Positions 15,309 through 22,847 of a DNA stretch of 57,062 bases are shown one piece after another (positions within the stretch are counted from its first letter, which is position 1; the number at the start of each line of letters is the position of its first letter). The DNA is from a virus. The position numbers and the translations under genes were made by a program. The stretch is taken from positions 1-57,062 of IMG/VR virus record IMGVR_UViG_3300010430_000045; one strand, 5' to 3'. The notes under the pieces were generated by a model, which saw only the letters and a program-made list of their open reading frames with translations, did no database searches and was not told the DNA's origin.

Positions 15309-15932
15309 GTGAAGCTCAACAGCCAGAAATACAAGCTCGAGGACGTGGACTCGCTCGTCGTCCACCCCGAGAACCCGCGCACAGGCGACACCCGTAAGAT
15401 CCGGGAGTCTATCAAGGCCAACGGATTCTACGGGGTGCTCGTAGTCCAGAAGTCCACCCGCTGCGTACTCGCGGGGAACCATCGGCTGATCGCCGCTCGT
15501 GAAATGGGCGCCAAGAAGCTGCCGGTGATCTGGGTTGAGTGTTCCGACGATGAAGCGCTTCGCATCATGCTCGCCGACAACCGCACCTCGGATCTCGCCA
15601 CGTACGACAACGCGAAGCTCGCTGAGCTTCTGGAATACGTCCAGCAGGATGTTGGGACCCTGATCGGTACGGGGTACACGCTCGCTGAGTTGAGTGCACT
15701 CGCTGGGGACGTAGATCAGGACGTGGACCCGGAAGCGATGTGGACCGGGATGCCTGAGTTTCAGCAGGACGACCTCACGGCCCACCGAACGATCACAGTT
15801 TCCTTCGCCTCGGACGAGGACGTGGAGGAGTTCGCCAAGCGCCTGGAGCTGAAGACCGTCTCCGCCAAGACGAACAAGGTCTGGTTCCCGTGGCGGGAGC
15901 GCATGTACCTGACTGACAAGGTGATGAAGTGA
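15309..15932 (+). CDS. ParB/Srx-like nuclease-domain protein
   Basis: Track ORF 15249..15932(+) starts at a GTG. I prefer the GTG at 15309, which has GGAGG 8 nt upstream. ParB N-domain motifs are LVVHPENPR and AGNHRLIAAREMG. The C-terminal MPEF...ITVSF..DEDVEEFAKRL region resembles the linker of phage ParB-methylase fusions, but no methylase domain follows. Confidence 0.75.
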   Translation: MKLNSQKYKLEDVDSLVVHPENPRTGDTRKIRESIKANGFYGVLVVQKSTRCVLAGNHRLIAAREMGAKKLPVIWVECSDDEALRIMLADNRTSDLATYDNAKLAELLEYVQQDVGTLIGTGYTLAELSALAGDVDQDVDPEAMWTGMPEFQQDDLTAHRTITVSFASDEDVEEFAKRLELKTVSAKTNKVWFPWRERMYLTDKVMK

Positions 15933-16855
15933 AGATCGAGCAGCCACGATACCCGATCTACCTGCCCTCGAAGGGTCGCTACGAGACCCGGCTCACGATG
16001 AAGCAACTGGAGTGGATGCAAACGCCCCACCACATCGTCGTCGAAGAGCAGGAATACGACCAGTACGCTGCCGTCACCGACCCGAAGTTCGGCACGATTC
16101 TCGTGGTCCCGCGACGGTACTTCGAGGAGTACGAGGTTTGCGACGAGCACGGGCTGACGAAGTCCACCGGTCCAGGCCCAGCCCGGAACTTCGCCTGGGA
16201 CCACTCGACGGAGACGTACGGCGCGAAGCGGCACTGGGTTATGGACGACAACATTCGCGGGTTCGCTCGCTTCCACCGGAACCAGATCGTCAAGTGCGGC
16301 AACGGCGTGCCGTTCGCTGCCATGGAGGATTTCTGCGACCGCTACAAGAACGTCGCCATGGCTGGGCCACAGTACGAGATGTTTGCGATGGTGCGTAAGA
16401 AGTATCCACCGTTCGCGGTCAACCGCCGGATCTTCTCGTGCAACCTGATTCTGAACGAGATCCCGATGCGTTGGCGCGGCCGCTTCAACGACGACGTCAT
16501 CCTCTCGATCGACATCATGGAGGCTGGCTGGTGCACGCTGCTCTTCTACGCCTTCCTGCAGATGAAGGTTCAAACCATGCGTGTCCCGGGAGGGATGTTC
16601 GATCTGTACAAGGACGGCACGTACGAGAAGTCGAAGATGCTGGTGGACCTGTTCCCGCAGTATGCGAAGATCGTGAAGCGCTACGGGCGTGTTCATCACA
16701 GTGTCGACTACAGCCCGTTCAAGCGCAACAAGCTGGTGCCCATCGAGGGTGACATTCCGAAGCGCGAATACGCCTGCGACCTGCGCTACCGTGAGTCGGG
16801 CGAGCTCGTTGGCGACACCAGCACCAAACTCGCACCAGGGAAGGTCCATACATGA
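15929..16855 (+). CDS. Putative GT-A-fold nucleotide-sugar transferase (motif-level call only)
   Basis: Track ORF of 308 aa with a GTG start in a GTGA overlap with the ParB gene stop. An N-terminal strand, PIYLPSKGR, and an acidic VMDDN about 90 aa later match the spacing of the GT-A N-terminal motif and DxD. The protein resembles phage TET/JBP-associated-type glycosyltransferases only loosely. Confidence 0.4.
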   Translation: MKIEQPRYPIYLPSKGRYETRLTMKQLEWMQTPHHIVVEEQEYDQYAAVTDPKFGTILVVPRRYFEEYEVCDEHGLTKSTGPGPARNFAWDHSTETYGAKRHWVMDDNIRGFARFHRNQIVKCGNGVPFAAMEDFCDRYKNVAMAGPQYEMFAMVRKKYPPFAVNRRIFSCNLILNEIPMRWRGRFNDDVILSIDIMEAGWCTLLFYAFLQMKVQTMRVPGGMFDLYKDGTYEKSKMLVDLFPQYAKIVKRYGRVHHSVDYSPFKRNKLVPIEGDIPKREYACDLRYRESGELVGDTSTKLAPGKVHT

Positions 16856-17832
16856 AAGCGCTCGTCACAGGTAACCTCGGCTTCATCGGCTCGCACCTCA
16901 CTCGTGCCCTTCTGGATGCTGGCTGGGAGGTCGTCGGCATCGACAACGGGTGCACAGGCAGCGAGGCAAACCTCCGTCGCCTCGATATACCACCTGGGGC
17001 CGTCCACCAGCTCGGAGGATTGCTCGACGTGGCTGATTTGGACATTGGACCGGGGTCGTTGGCGCTGGACATCCTGCGGGATGTGACGGTCATTTTCCAC
17101 CTGGCGTGCCCCGCCTCCCCGAAGATGTATGCGGCCCACCCTCGCGCCACCTTTCGGGCGCTTTGTCAGGGCACGATGGTGCTGGCTCAGCTCAGTCAGC
17201 TGACTGACTCCACCCTCGTTCTCGCCTCGACCTCCGAGGTGTACGGCGACCCCGACTGCCATCCTCAGGAGGAGTCGTATCGGGGCGCGGTGAACACGCT
17301 CGGCCCACGCTCGATCTACGACGAGGGCAAGCGTCTCGCTGAAGCGCTGCTGTACCACTTTGCGAGCTCGTGGGTCGTGGTCCGGCTGTTCAACACCTAC
17401 GGCCCGAACATGGCCTGGGACGACGGACGGTTGCTCCCGAACCTCTTTGCTCAGGGCATCAGCGGCCACCCGTTGACGGTCTACGGAGATGGGTCGCAGA
17501 CCAGGAGCTTCTGCTACGTGAGCGATACCGTTCGGGGCATCGTCCAAGCGTACGCCTCGCCCTTGATGTTGGAGAGTCAGCACGAGCCCTGGGGCGTGTT
17601 CAACATCGGCAACGATGACGAGCGCACCGTGCTTTCGGTGGCCGAGCGCATCGCCGAGATGTACGGGGTCGAGATTGCCCGTGAAGCGCTTCCGCAAGAT
17701 GACCCCGTGAGGCGCCGCCCGGACATCACGCTCGCCCGTGAGTGCCTGGGCTGGCAACCCCGCGTCGCCTTCGATGAAGGTCTCCAGCACACGCGCGAAT
17801 ACTTCGAGCGCCTCGCCATGGAGCTGAAATGA
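16852..17832 (+). CDS. NAD-dependent SDR, UDP-glucuronate decarboxylase (UDP-xylose synthase)-like
   Basis: Track ORF of 326 aa with an ATGA overlap. The Rossmann motif is GNLGFIGSH and the catalytic residues are STSEVYGDP / YDEGK. UXS-diagnostic strings are HPQEESYRGAVNTLGPRSIYDEGKRLAE, RLFNTYGPNM..DGRLL, GDGSQTRSFCYVSD and DDPVRRRPDI. Confidence 0.8.
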   Translation: MKALVTGNLGFIGSHLTRALLDAGWEVVGIDNGCTGSEANLRRLDIPPGAVHQLGGLLDVADLDIGPGSLALDILRDVTVIFHLACPASPKMYAAHPRATFRALCQGTMVLAQLSQLTDSTLVLASTSEVYGDPDCHPQEESYRGAVNTLGPRSIYDEGKRLAEALLYHFASSWVVVRLFNTYGPNMAWDDGRLLPNLFAQGISGHPLTVYGDGSQTRSFCYVSDTVRGIVQAYASPLMLESQHEPWGVFNIGNDDERTVLSVAERIAEMYGVEIAREALPQDDPVRRRPDITLARECLGWQPRVAFDEGLQHTREYFERLAMELK

Positions 17833-19304
17833 ATATCTGCCTCGTGATCCCCCCGTCGCCATTCCTGCTGGACGAGCGGGTCTTCGCCAGCCTCGGAGTG
17901 CTGCGTGTGGCGTCCTCGCTAGAGGCCGCTGGGCACGCCGTCACCGTGCTCGATCTCAGCGGTGTTGAAAATCACCTCGACGCCGTTGTCGCCTGCCTAT
18001 CAACCGTGGGGCCGTCCATCGTCGGCATAACTGCCACTACTCCACAAGTGCCCGCGGCCCTGGAGCTCGCCACGGTTATCCGAGACACTTCCCCGGAGGT
18101 CCGACTTATCCTCGGCGGCCCCCACGCCACCCTCGTCTACGCCTCCCGGCGCGTGAGCAGTGGCCGAGCGGAGCGACACATCCGCCAAGTCGAGGACGCG
18201 TTCGACGTCATCGTTGTCGGCGACGGCGACTTCGCCATCCACACAGCCATCGGCGACGACCCACCGAAGGTCGTGGACGCCGACGACACGAAGAGCCCGC
18301 ACTGGATGTCCAGCAAGGACTTCGACGAGCTTCCGCTCCCCGCCCGCCACCTGATCGACATGAGCTCGTACCACTACGAGATTGACGGGAGGAAGGCGAC
18401 GAGCATCATCAGCCAGCTGGGCTGCCCCTTCCGCTGCGGCTTTTGCGGTGGGCGAAGCTCCAGGGCGTTCCGGGTCATACGGTCGAGGAGTGCCGCGTCC
18501 GTGGTGCGTGAGATTGCCCACCTGCACCAGGTCTACGGCTACGAAGGTTTCATGTTCCAAGATGACGAGCTGAACGTGAACCGTGGCTTCGTGGACCTCC
18601 TGAAGGCGATTTGCGAATACCAGGACGCACACGGCGTCGAGTTCCGCATGCGGGGCTTTATCAAGTCGCAACTGCTCACCGAGGAACAGGCGGAGTGGAT
18701 GTATCGTGCAGGCTGGCGCTGGATTCTGACGGGCTTCGAGGCGGCCGACGACGGCATCCTCGAGAGTATCTCCAAAGGTGCAACGCTGGAGGAAAATACG
18801 AGGTGCGTCCGCATCGTCAAAGCCGCTGGCATGAAGATCAAAGCGTTGATGTCCGTCGGCCACCCCGGCGAGTCGCGCGAGTCCATCGCCGCCATCTCGG
18901 AATGGCTCATCGCCGAGGACGTGGACGACTTCGACTGCACCGTGATCACTTGCTACCCCGGCACGCCTTACTACGACCAGGCCATCAAGCACGAGACGCT
19001 GGATGGCGTGTGGACGTACACCCACGCCAAGACGGGTGAGCGCTTGCACTCCATCGACCTCGACTACACGTCCACGCCTGACTACTACAAAGGCGACCCC
19101 AACGATGGATATCGAGCGTACGTCTTCACCGACCATCTCGACCAGGCTGAGATTGTTGAGCTTCGCGACGAGGTCGAGGCAACGGTGCGTCGCGAGCTTG
19201 GAATTCCGTACTATCAGGCCTCAGCAGCGCTCCGATACGAGCATTCGATGGGGCAGGGATTGCCTGGTTTCATGCTGAAATACGACCCTCGCGCCAATGC
19301 GTGA
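17829..19304 (+). CDS. B12-binding-domain radical SAM enzyme (class B rSAM)
   Basis: Track ORF of 491 aa with an ATGA overlap. The N-terminal cobalamin-binding-like Rossmann region is ICLVIPP...GVLRVASSLEAAGHAVTVLDL...IVGITATT...ILGGPHAT. The radical SAM cluster motif CPFRCGFC lies at nt 18423-18446. Confidence 0.8.
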   Translation: MNICLVIPPSPFLLDERVFASLGVLRVASSLEAAGHAVTVLDLSGVENHLDAVVACLSTVGPSIVGITATTPQVPAALELATVIRDTSPEVRLILGGPHATLVYASRRVSSGRAERHIRQVEDAFDVIVVGDGDFAIHTAIGDDPPKVVDADDTKSPHWMSSKDFDELPLPARHLIDMSSYHYEIDGRKATSIISQLGCPFRCGFCGGRSSRAFRVIRSRSAASVVREIAHLHQVYGYEGFMFQDDELNVNRGFVDLLKAICEYQDAHGVEFRMRGFIKSQLLTEEQAEWMYRAGWRWILTGFEAADDGILESISKGATLEENTRCVRIVKAAGMKIKALMSVGHPGESRESIAAISEWLIAEDVDDFDCTVITCYPGTPYYDQAIKHETLDGVWTYTHAKTGERLHSIDLDYTSTPDYYKGDPNDGYRAYVFTDHLDQAEIVELRDEVEATVRRELGIPYYQASAALRYEHSMGQGLPGFMLKYDPRANA

Positions 19305-19388
19305 GAATGTGCGCTGGATCGGGGGTTGATGTTCAACTACGATAAGTGTGCGAGACGATAGAGGAAAGTCGAGCTGGAGGGCGAACAC

Positions 19389-19922
19389 ATGGCGGGCGAA
19401 CACTTGAACAAGACGGTTCCACGGAGGCCGAAGAGAGCGCCGTCGAAGGCTGTGAGGCTACGTCGGTCGAAGGTCGCTTCGATGCTGGCAATGCGCATCA
19501 CGCAAGGCAAGATCGCCGAGGCGTTGAAGGTCTCGCGCGGCACCATCGTCAAGGACGTGAAGGCGCTCGAGGTTGAGTGGCGAGAGGCGATGCTCGGCAA
19601 CATCACGGACATCAAGGCGAGGGAGCTTCAGGAGCTTTCGGTCATCGAGGGCGAGGCGTGGGTCGGCTTCCAACGGACCCGTCGTCCGCTCACGAAGGGC
19701 GGCCCCCCGTCTCCTGGCGACCCGAAGTGGCTACGTGTCGTCCTCGACGTGAAGCGGAGACGAGCTGAGCTACTGGGCCTCGACGAACCCATCGAGATCC
19801 GTCATGGGCTGGCCGACAAAGACCTTCGGACGATGACCGATGACGAGCTCGATGCGCTGGAGCAACAGCTACGGATCACGGGTGATCCTGGCGGGAACGG
19901 TGCGCACCCGACAGTTCATTAG
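19389..19922 (+). CDS. HTH DNA-binding protein (possible small terminase subunit or regulator)
   Basis: Track ORF of 177 aa with GGAGGG 8 nt upstream. It has a basic N-terminus and the HTH ITQGKIAEALKVSRGTIVKDVKAL. The RRAELLGLDEP segment is reminiscent of small terminases. The gene lies 6.4 kb upstream of terL, so its function is uncertain. Confidence 0.4.
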   Translation: MAGEHLNKTVPRRPKRAPSKAVRLRRSKVASMLAMRITQGKIAEALKVSRGTIVKDVKALEVEWREAMLGNITDIKARELQELSVIEGEAWVGFQRTRRPLTKGGPPSPGDPKWLRVVLDVKRRRAELLGLDEPIEIRHGLADKDLRTMTDDELDALEQQLRITGDPGGNGAHPTVH

Positions 19923-19958
19923 CTCACGCTAGACGCCCAACACGACAACGTTTTTTCG

Positions 19959-19988
19959 TTGGACATGTTTGCGGTGACGATGTATCTT
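19959..19988 (+). promoter_or_regulatory. Candidate sigma70-like promoter for the middle genes
   Basis: TTGGAC (19959-64), an 18-nt spacer, then TATCTT (19983-88). It is preceded by a small hairpin, CAACG-tttttt-CGTTG (19946-61). This is a motif match only. Confidence 0.3.
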
Positions 19989-20022
19989 CGTCCTCGAGTC
20001 TCCAGGAGACACGGAGGGCAGC

Positions 20023-20991
20023 ATGGGCAAGAAGTCTAGAGCGAAGGCCGCCAGACGGGCGCGCCGCCGAATCCCACTACAAGTCGACGACGAGGTTGCA
20101 CAGGCAGCCCTACGGACCGCTCAACCACGGTCGCATGTCGTGGTGCGAGATGGGTACGTCGAGGAGATCGTCGAGGTCACCGACGACCAGGCGAGGTACC
20201 TCCTCGAACGAGGTGCCACCGTTGACCCCATCGGCTTCAATCTGGACGCCAACGCCCGGGCTGACATCCGCAACCAGCTCGGACCGAGCTTCGACTTGAG
20301 CGATGCCGAGATGGAACACGCCGCGAACCTTCGTCGGCAATTCGGTCCGACCTTCACGAAGGGCCCGAACCCAGACAACTTCGAGCTGGGGTTCGATGTC
20401 CAGCCCGCGAGGCAAGCCCAACTACGGAACTGGGAGGCGCAGTACGACCTCCGGTTCGAGGGTATGCCCATCGATACGAGGCACGGGTTCAGCGTCGGTG
20501 ATACCGTCGAGCTTCCCGAGGTCATGACCAACGCCACACGAGCCAGCGTGGTCGAGTTCGACATCACGATGACGGAGGAGCAGCGAGAGGAATTCCAGCG
20601 CTTCGCCGATGCCATGATGGACGAGAACACCAGGCAGATCCGGGCGGCGTTCGACCGAGTGTCGCGTGCCACGTTGGGGATCTTCGGTGAGGCATGGCGA
20701 GGCATGGTCGGACCACCACAGCACGTGCAGTGCCGGTCTACGGTCACCCGTCGGGGCTTCGGTGTCTCGGTGGACTCCGCGAATCAGTGGCGGCACACGG
20801 ACAGGGCAGCCCGACGCAGGCGCATCGCCCACCTCATTGGTGAGGACGAGGCCGACGTGATGTTGCGGCCGTACAGGCCCCTGAGCCTGCACAGTGCTCG
20901 GGAGGTCATGATCAGGAGGACGGCACCGAAGATCCCCAACGTGGCCCCGCCTCCGAAGTGGGTGCCGCTGGACCCGTACGGAGGTGACTGA
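20023..20991 (+). CDS. Hypothetical protein (basic N-terminus)
   Basis: Track ORF of 322 aa with GGAGGG 4-5 nt upstream. It begins MGKKSRAKAARRARRR... I recognise no family. Confidence 0.6.
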   Translation: MGKKSRAKAARRARRRIPLQVDDEVAQAALRTAQPRSHVVVRDGYVEEIVEVTDDQARYLLERGATVDPIGFNLDANARADIRNQLGPSFDLSDAEMEHAANLRRQFGPTFTKGPNPDNFELGFDVQPARQAQLRNWEAQYDLRFEGMPIDTRHGFSVGDTVELPEVMTNATRASVVEFDITMTEEQREEFQRFADAMMDENTRQIRAAFDRVSRATLGIFGEAWRGMVGPPQHVQCRSTVTRRGFGVSVDSANQWRHTDRAARRRRIAHLIGEDEADVMLRPYRPLSLHSAREVMIRRTAPKIPNVAPPPKWVPLDPYGGD

Positions 20992-21257
20992 TGGGACAGG
21001 GAGCGCAGATCATCATAGGCACCGACACCCGCACCGCCCTACGGATGCGACGCTTGATGGCCCTGTATTACCGAGGGGGCTGGTGTACGCGTGGGCCGCA
21101 GCCCGGCTACGGCTACCGCTTCCTGCATCGGACCGAGAGGCTGGGCGGGGCCAGCCGCCCACTGTGGTGGATAGCTGCCCGCGAGAAGTTCGCCCGGCGC
21201 AACGCACCCGAGATACCGAACCCACCCTCATCGTTTCGCTCGGAGGGATGGGCGTGA
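20991..21257 (+). CDS. Hypothetical Arg/Trp-rich protein
   Basis: Track ORF of 88 aa with a TGATG overlap and GGAGG upstream. By my count of this frame, third-codon-position GC is about 80%, which favours it over the overlapping 20984..21364 frame. Confidence 0.5.
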   Translation: MGQGAQIIIGTDTRTALRMRRLMALYYRGGWCTRGPQPGYGYRFLHRTERLGGASRPLWWIAAREKFARRNAPEIPNPPSSFRSEGWA

Positions 21258-21364
21258 CCGACATTCTCATACAAGCCCTGGCATACGGCCTCGGCATCGC
21301 CGTCCCGGTCGCAGCACTGGGACTCATTGCGTACTGGTCCCAACGGGACATGGAGGACAGATGA
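21248..21364 (+). CDS. Small membrane peptide (38 aa, 1 TM)
   Basis: This is the tail of track ORF 20984..21364: MGVTDILIQALAYGLGIAVPVAALGLIAYWSQRDMEDR. GGAGGG lies upstream, and a GTG at 21254 is an alternative start. Confidence 0.4.
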   Translation: MGVTDILIQALAYGLGIAVPVAALGLIAYWSQRDMEDR

Positions 21365-21525
21365 ACCTCGAAGGATTGTTTCCCGCGGTCGCCTTGGTCA
21401 CCACGGCTTTAATCGTCGGGCTTCTCATCGCCCTGCTCAAGATCGCCACCCTTGAAGGGCGGGTCGAGGCGTTGAGTGACATTACACAGGACCGGGCTCG
21501 CCGGTGCGCCTGCATTGTGGAGTGA
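21361..21525 (+). CDS. Small membrane protein (54 aa, 1 TM + short coiled segment)
   Basis: It is below the 60-aa track cut-off, so I translated it by hand: MNLEGLFPAVALVTTALIVGLLIALLKIATLEGRVEALSDITQDRARRCACIVE. It has an ATGA overlap with the previous stop. Confidence 0.4.
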   Translation: MNLEGLFPAVALVTTALIVGLLIALLKIATLEGRVEALSDITQDRARRCACIVE

Positions 21526-21527
21526 CC

Positions 21528-22400
21528 ATGAGTAAGAGCAAAATCGAGTGGACCGACCGGACGTGGAACCCGACCATCGGGTGCGCCCGGATGTCGGAAG
21601 GTTGCCGGAACTGCTACGCCGAGCGCATGGCCCACCGCCACGCATCGAACCCTGGGACTCCGGCGTACCATGGGCTGACGAAGGACGGACGCTGGACCGG
21701 AGAGGTGCGACTACTTCCTGGGCGACTCGGGCAACCGAAGCGCTGGCGTAAGCCGTCGATGATCTTCGTGGACTCCATGTCGGACCTGTTCCAGCACACG
21801 ATTCACGATGACTACATCGTGAAGGTGTTCGAGGTCATGGCCGAGACGCCTCGGCACACGTACCAGATCTTGACGAAGCGCCCGGCGAGGATGCAACGGT
21901 TCCTCTCAGCCCACTATCCCGAGCCGCTGCCCAACGTTTGGCTGGGCGTCTCGGTCGAGGACCAGGAGACGGCAAACAAGCGCGTCCCGTTGCTGCTCGC
22001 CACTCCGGCGGCTGTGCGGTGGATCAGCCTAGAACCGATGTTGGGGCCCGTGGATCTGCGTCCCTGGCTTGGCCGGGGTCTGCTGACGCCCGGTGTGCGC
22101 TCACGGCGATGGCTCAACTGGGTGGTCCTGGGTGGCGAGTCGGGACCGGGCGCCCGACCGATGCACCCGCAGTGGGCGCGAGACGTGCGAGACCAGTGCA
22201 AACGTGCCGGCGTCCCGTTCATGTTCAAGCAGTGGGGCGAGTGGGTGACATACCGTCAACAGGCGCCCGGCGCTCTCGGCGGCAAGACGGAGCGCAAGCC
22301 GGGCTGGATGTTGGATTGCCCGGACGACTTCTACCGCGTCGGCAAACGCAAGGCCGGACGGATGCTCGATGGCGAGCTGCACGACGGATATCCGAAGTGA
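21528..22400 (+). CDS. Phage Gp37/Gp68 family protein (DUF5131, three-Cys motif)
   Basis: Track ORF 21504..22400(+). The ATG at 21528 has GGAG 6 nt upstream. It begins MSKSKIEWTDRTWNPTIGCARMSEGCRNCYAE, which carries a C-x5-C-x2-C motif. Other family strings are IFVDSMSDLF, QILTKRP, WLGVSVEDQ, WISLEPMLGP, VVLGGESGPGARPMHPQWAR and PFMFKQWGEW. Confidence 0.8.
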   Translation: MSKSKIEWTDRTWNPTIGCARMSEGCRNCYAERMAHRHASNPGTPAYHGLTKDGRWTGEVRLLPGRLGQPKRWRKPSMIFVDSMSDLFQHTIHDDYIVKVFEVMAETPRHTYQILTKRPARMQRFLSAHYPEPLPNVWLGVSVEDQETANKRVPLLLATPAAVRWISLEPMLGPVDLRPWLGRGLLTPGVRSRRWLNWVVLGGESGPGARPMHPQWARDVRDQCKRAGVPFMFKQWGEWVTYRQQAPGALGGKTERKPGWMLDCPDDFYRVGKRKAGRMLDGELHDGYPK

Positions 22401-22597
22401 CATTCGAGGATGCAGCCATGCTGGTGCTGAACCACGGCATCGCCGTCGTACGGCACAACCGGAAGGGCGGCCGAGTCATCGTCAAGTCGAAGGCCCAGGC
22501 GTATGCGAAGCTCGGGCTCGAGGACTGGATGGCTGACGATTGGGAGATCTGGGAGGGCAAGGGCGAACCATTGGGGCCGAACTGGCTCCCGTTTTGA
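22397..22597 (+). CDS. Small DUF2829-like protein (weak)
   Basis: This is the tail of track ORF 21938..22597. The start is either the GTG at 22397 (GTGA overlap) or the ATG at 22418 (GAGGA 7 nt upstream). TFEDAAMLVLNHGIAVVRHNRKGG...EDWMADDWEIWE resembles the DUF2829 pattern F..A...L..G..V.R..W.G...LAEDWEI, but the protein is shorter than typical members. Confidence 0.35.
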   Translation: MTFEDAAMLVLNHGIAVVRHNRKGGRVIVKSKAQAYAKLGLEDWMADDWEIWEGKGEPLGPNWLPF

Positions 22598-22604
22598 CGG
22601 AGGG

Positions 22605-22847
22605 ATGATGGCTGACCATGGCTGGGGCTGGGGCATCGGAGCGCCCGACAATTCACCGGGCATAGGACCACGGGACGTTGAGGTGGACGGCTGCCTACGT
22701 GGCTGTCCGTTTGCCGAGAATCGCACCAGGGGCGCGTCGTGTGTCCTGCTCCGTCGACTCGTCACCAAACCACCGACCGATTGTCCGCTCCGACGCGGGC
22801 ACACCGTACACAAGCGCTACGTTCTGAAGGAGGACAAAGCAACATGA
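22605..22847 (+). CDS. Hypothetical small Cys-containing protein
   Basis: This is the tail of track ORF 22503..22847, MMADHGWGWG... GGAGGG abuts the ATG and a second ATG lies at 22608. It has an ATGA overlap with the next gene. Confidence 0.4.
   Translation: MMADHGWGWGIGAPDNSPGIGPRDVEVDGCLRGCPFAENRTRGASCVLLRRLVTKPPTDCPLRRGHTVHKRYVLKEDKAT

Noticed and set aside
19389-19922. A confident call of this gene as the small terminase subunit
   Set aside because: Only an HTH and a loose RRAELLGLD resemblance support it, and it lies 6.4 kb from terL in a different expression block. I kept it as an HTH protein of uncertain role.
21517-21533. The 14-mer GGAGTGACCATGAG is repeated at 21517-21533 and at 24543-24556, and could be a regulatory repeat
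   Set aside because: In both places it is simply SD (GGAG) + stop (TGA) + start (ATG) of coupled genes. The flanks do not match. The repeat is explained by gene-junction syntax.
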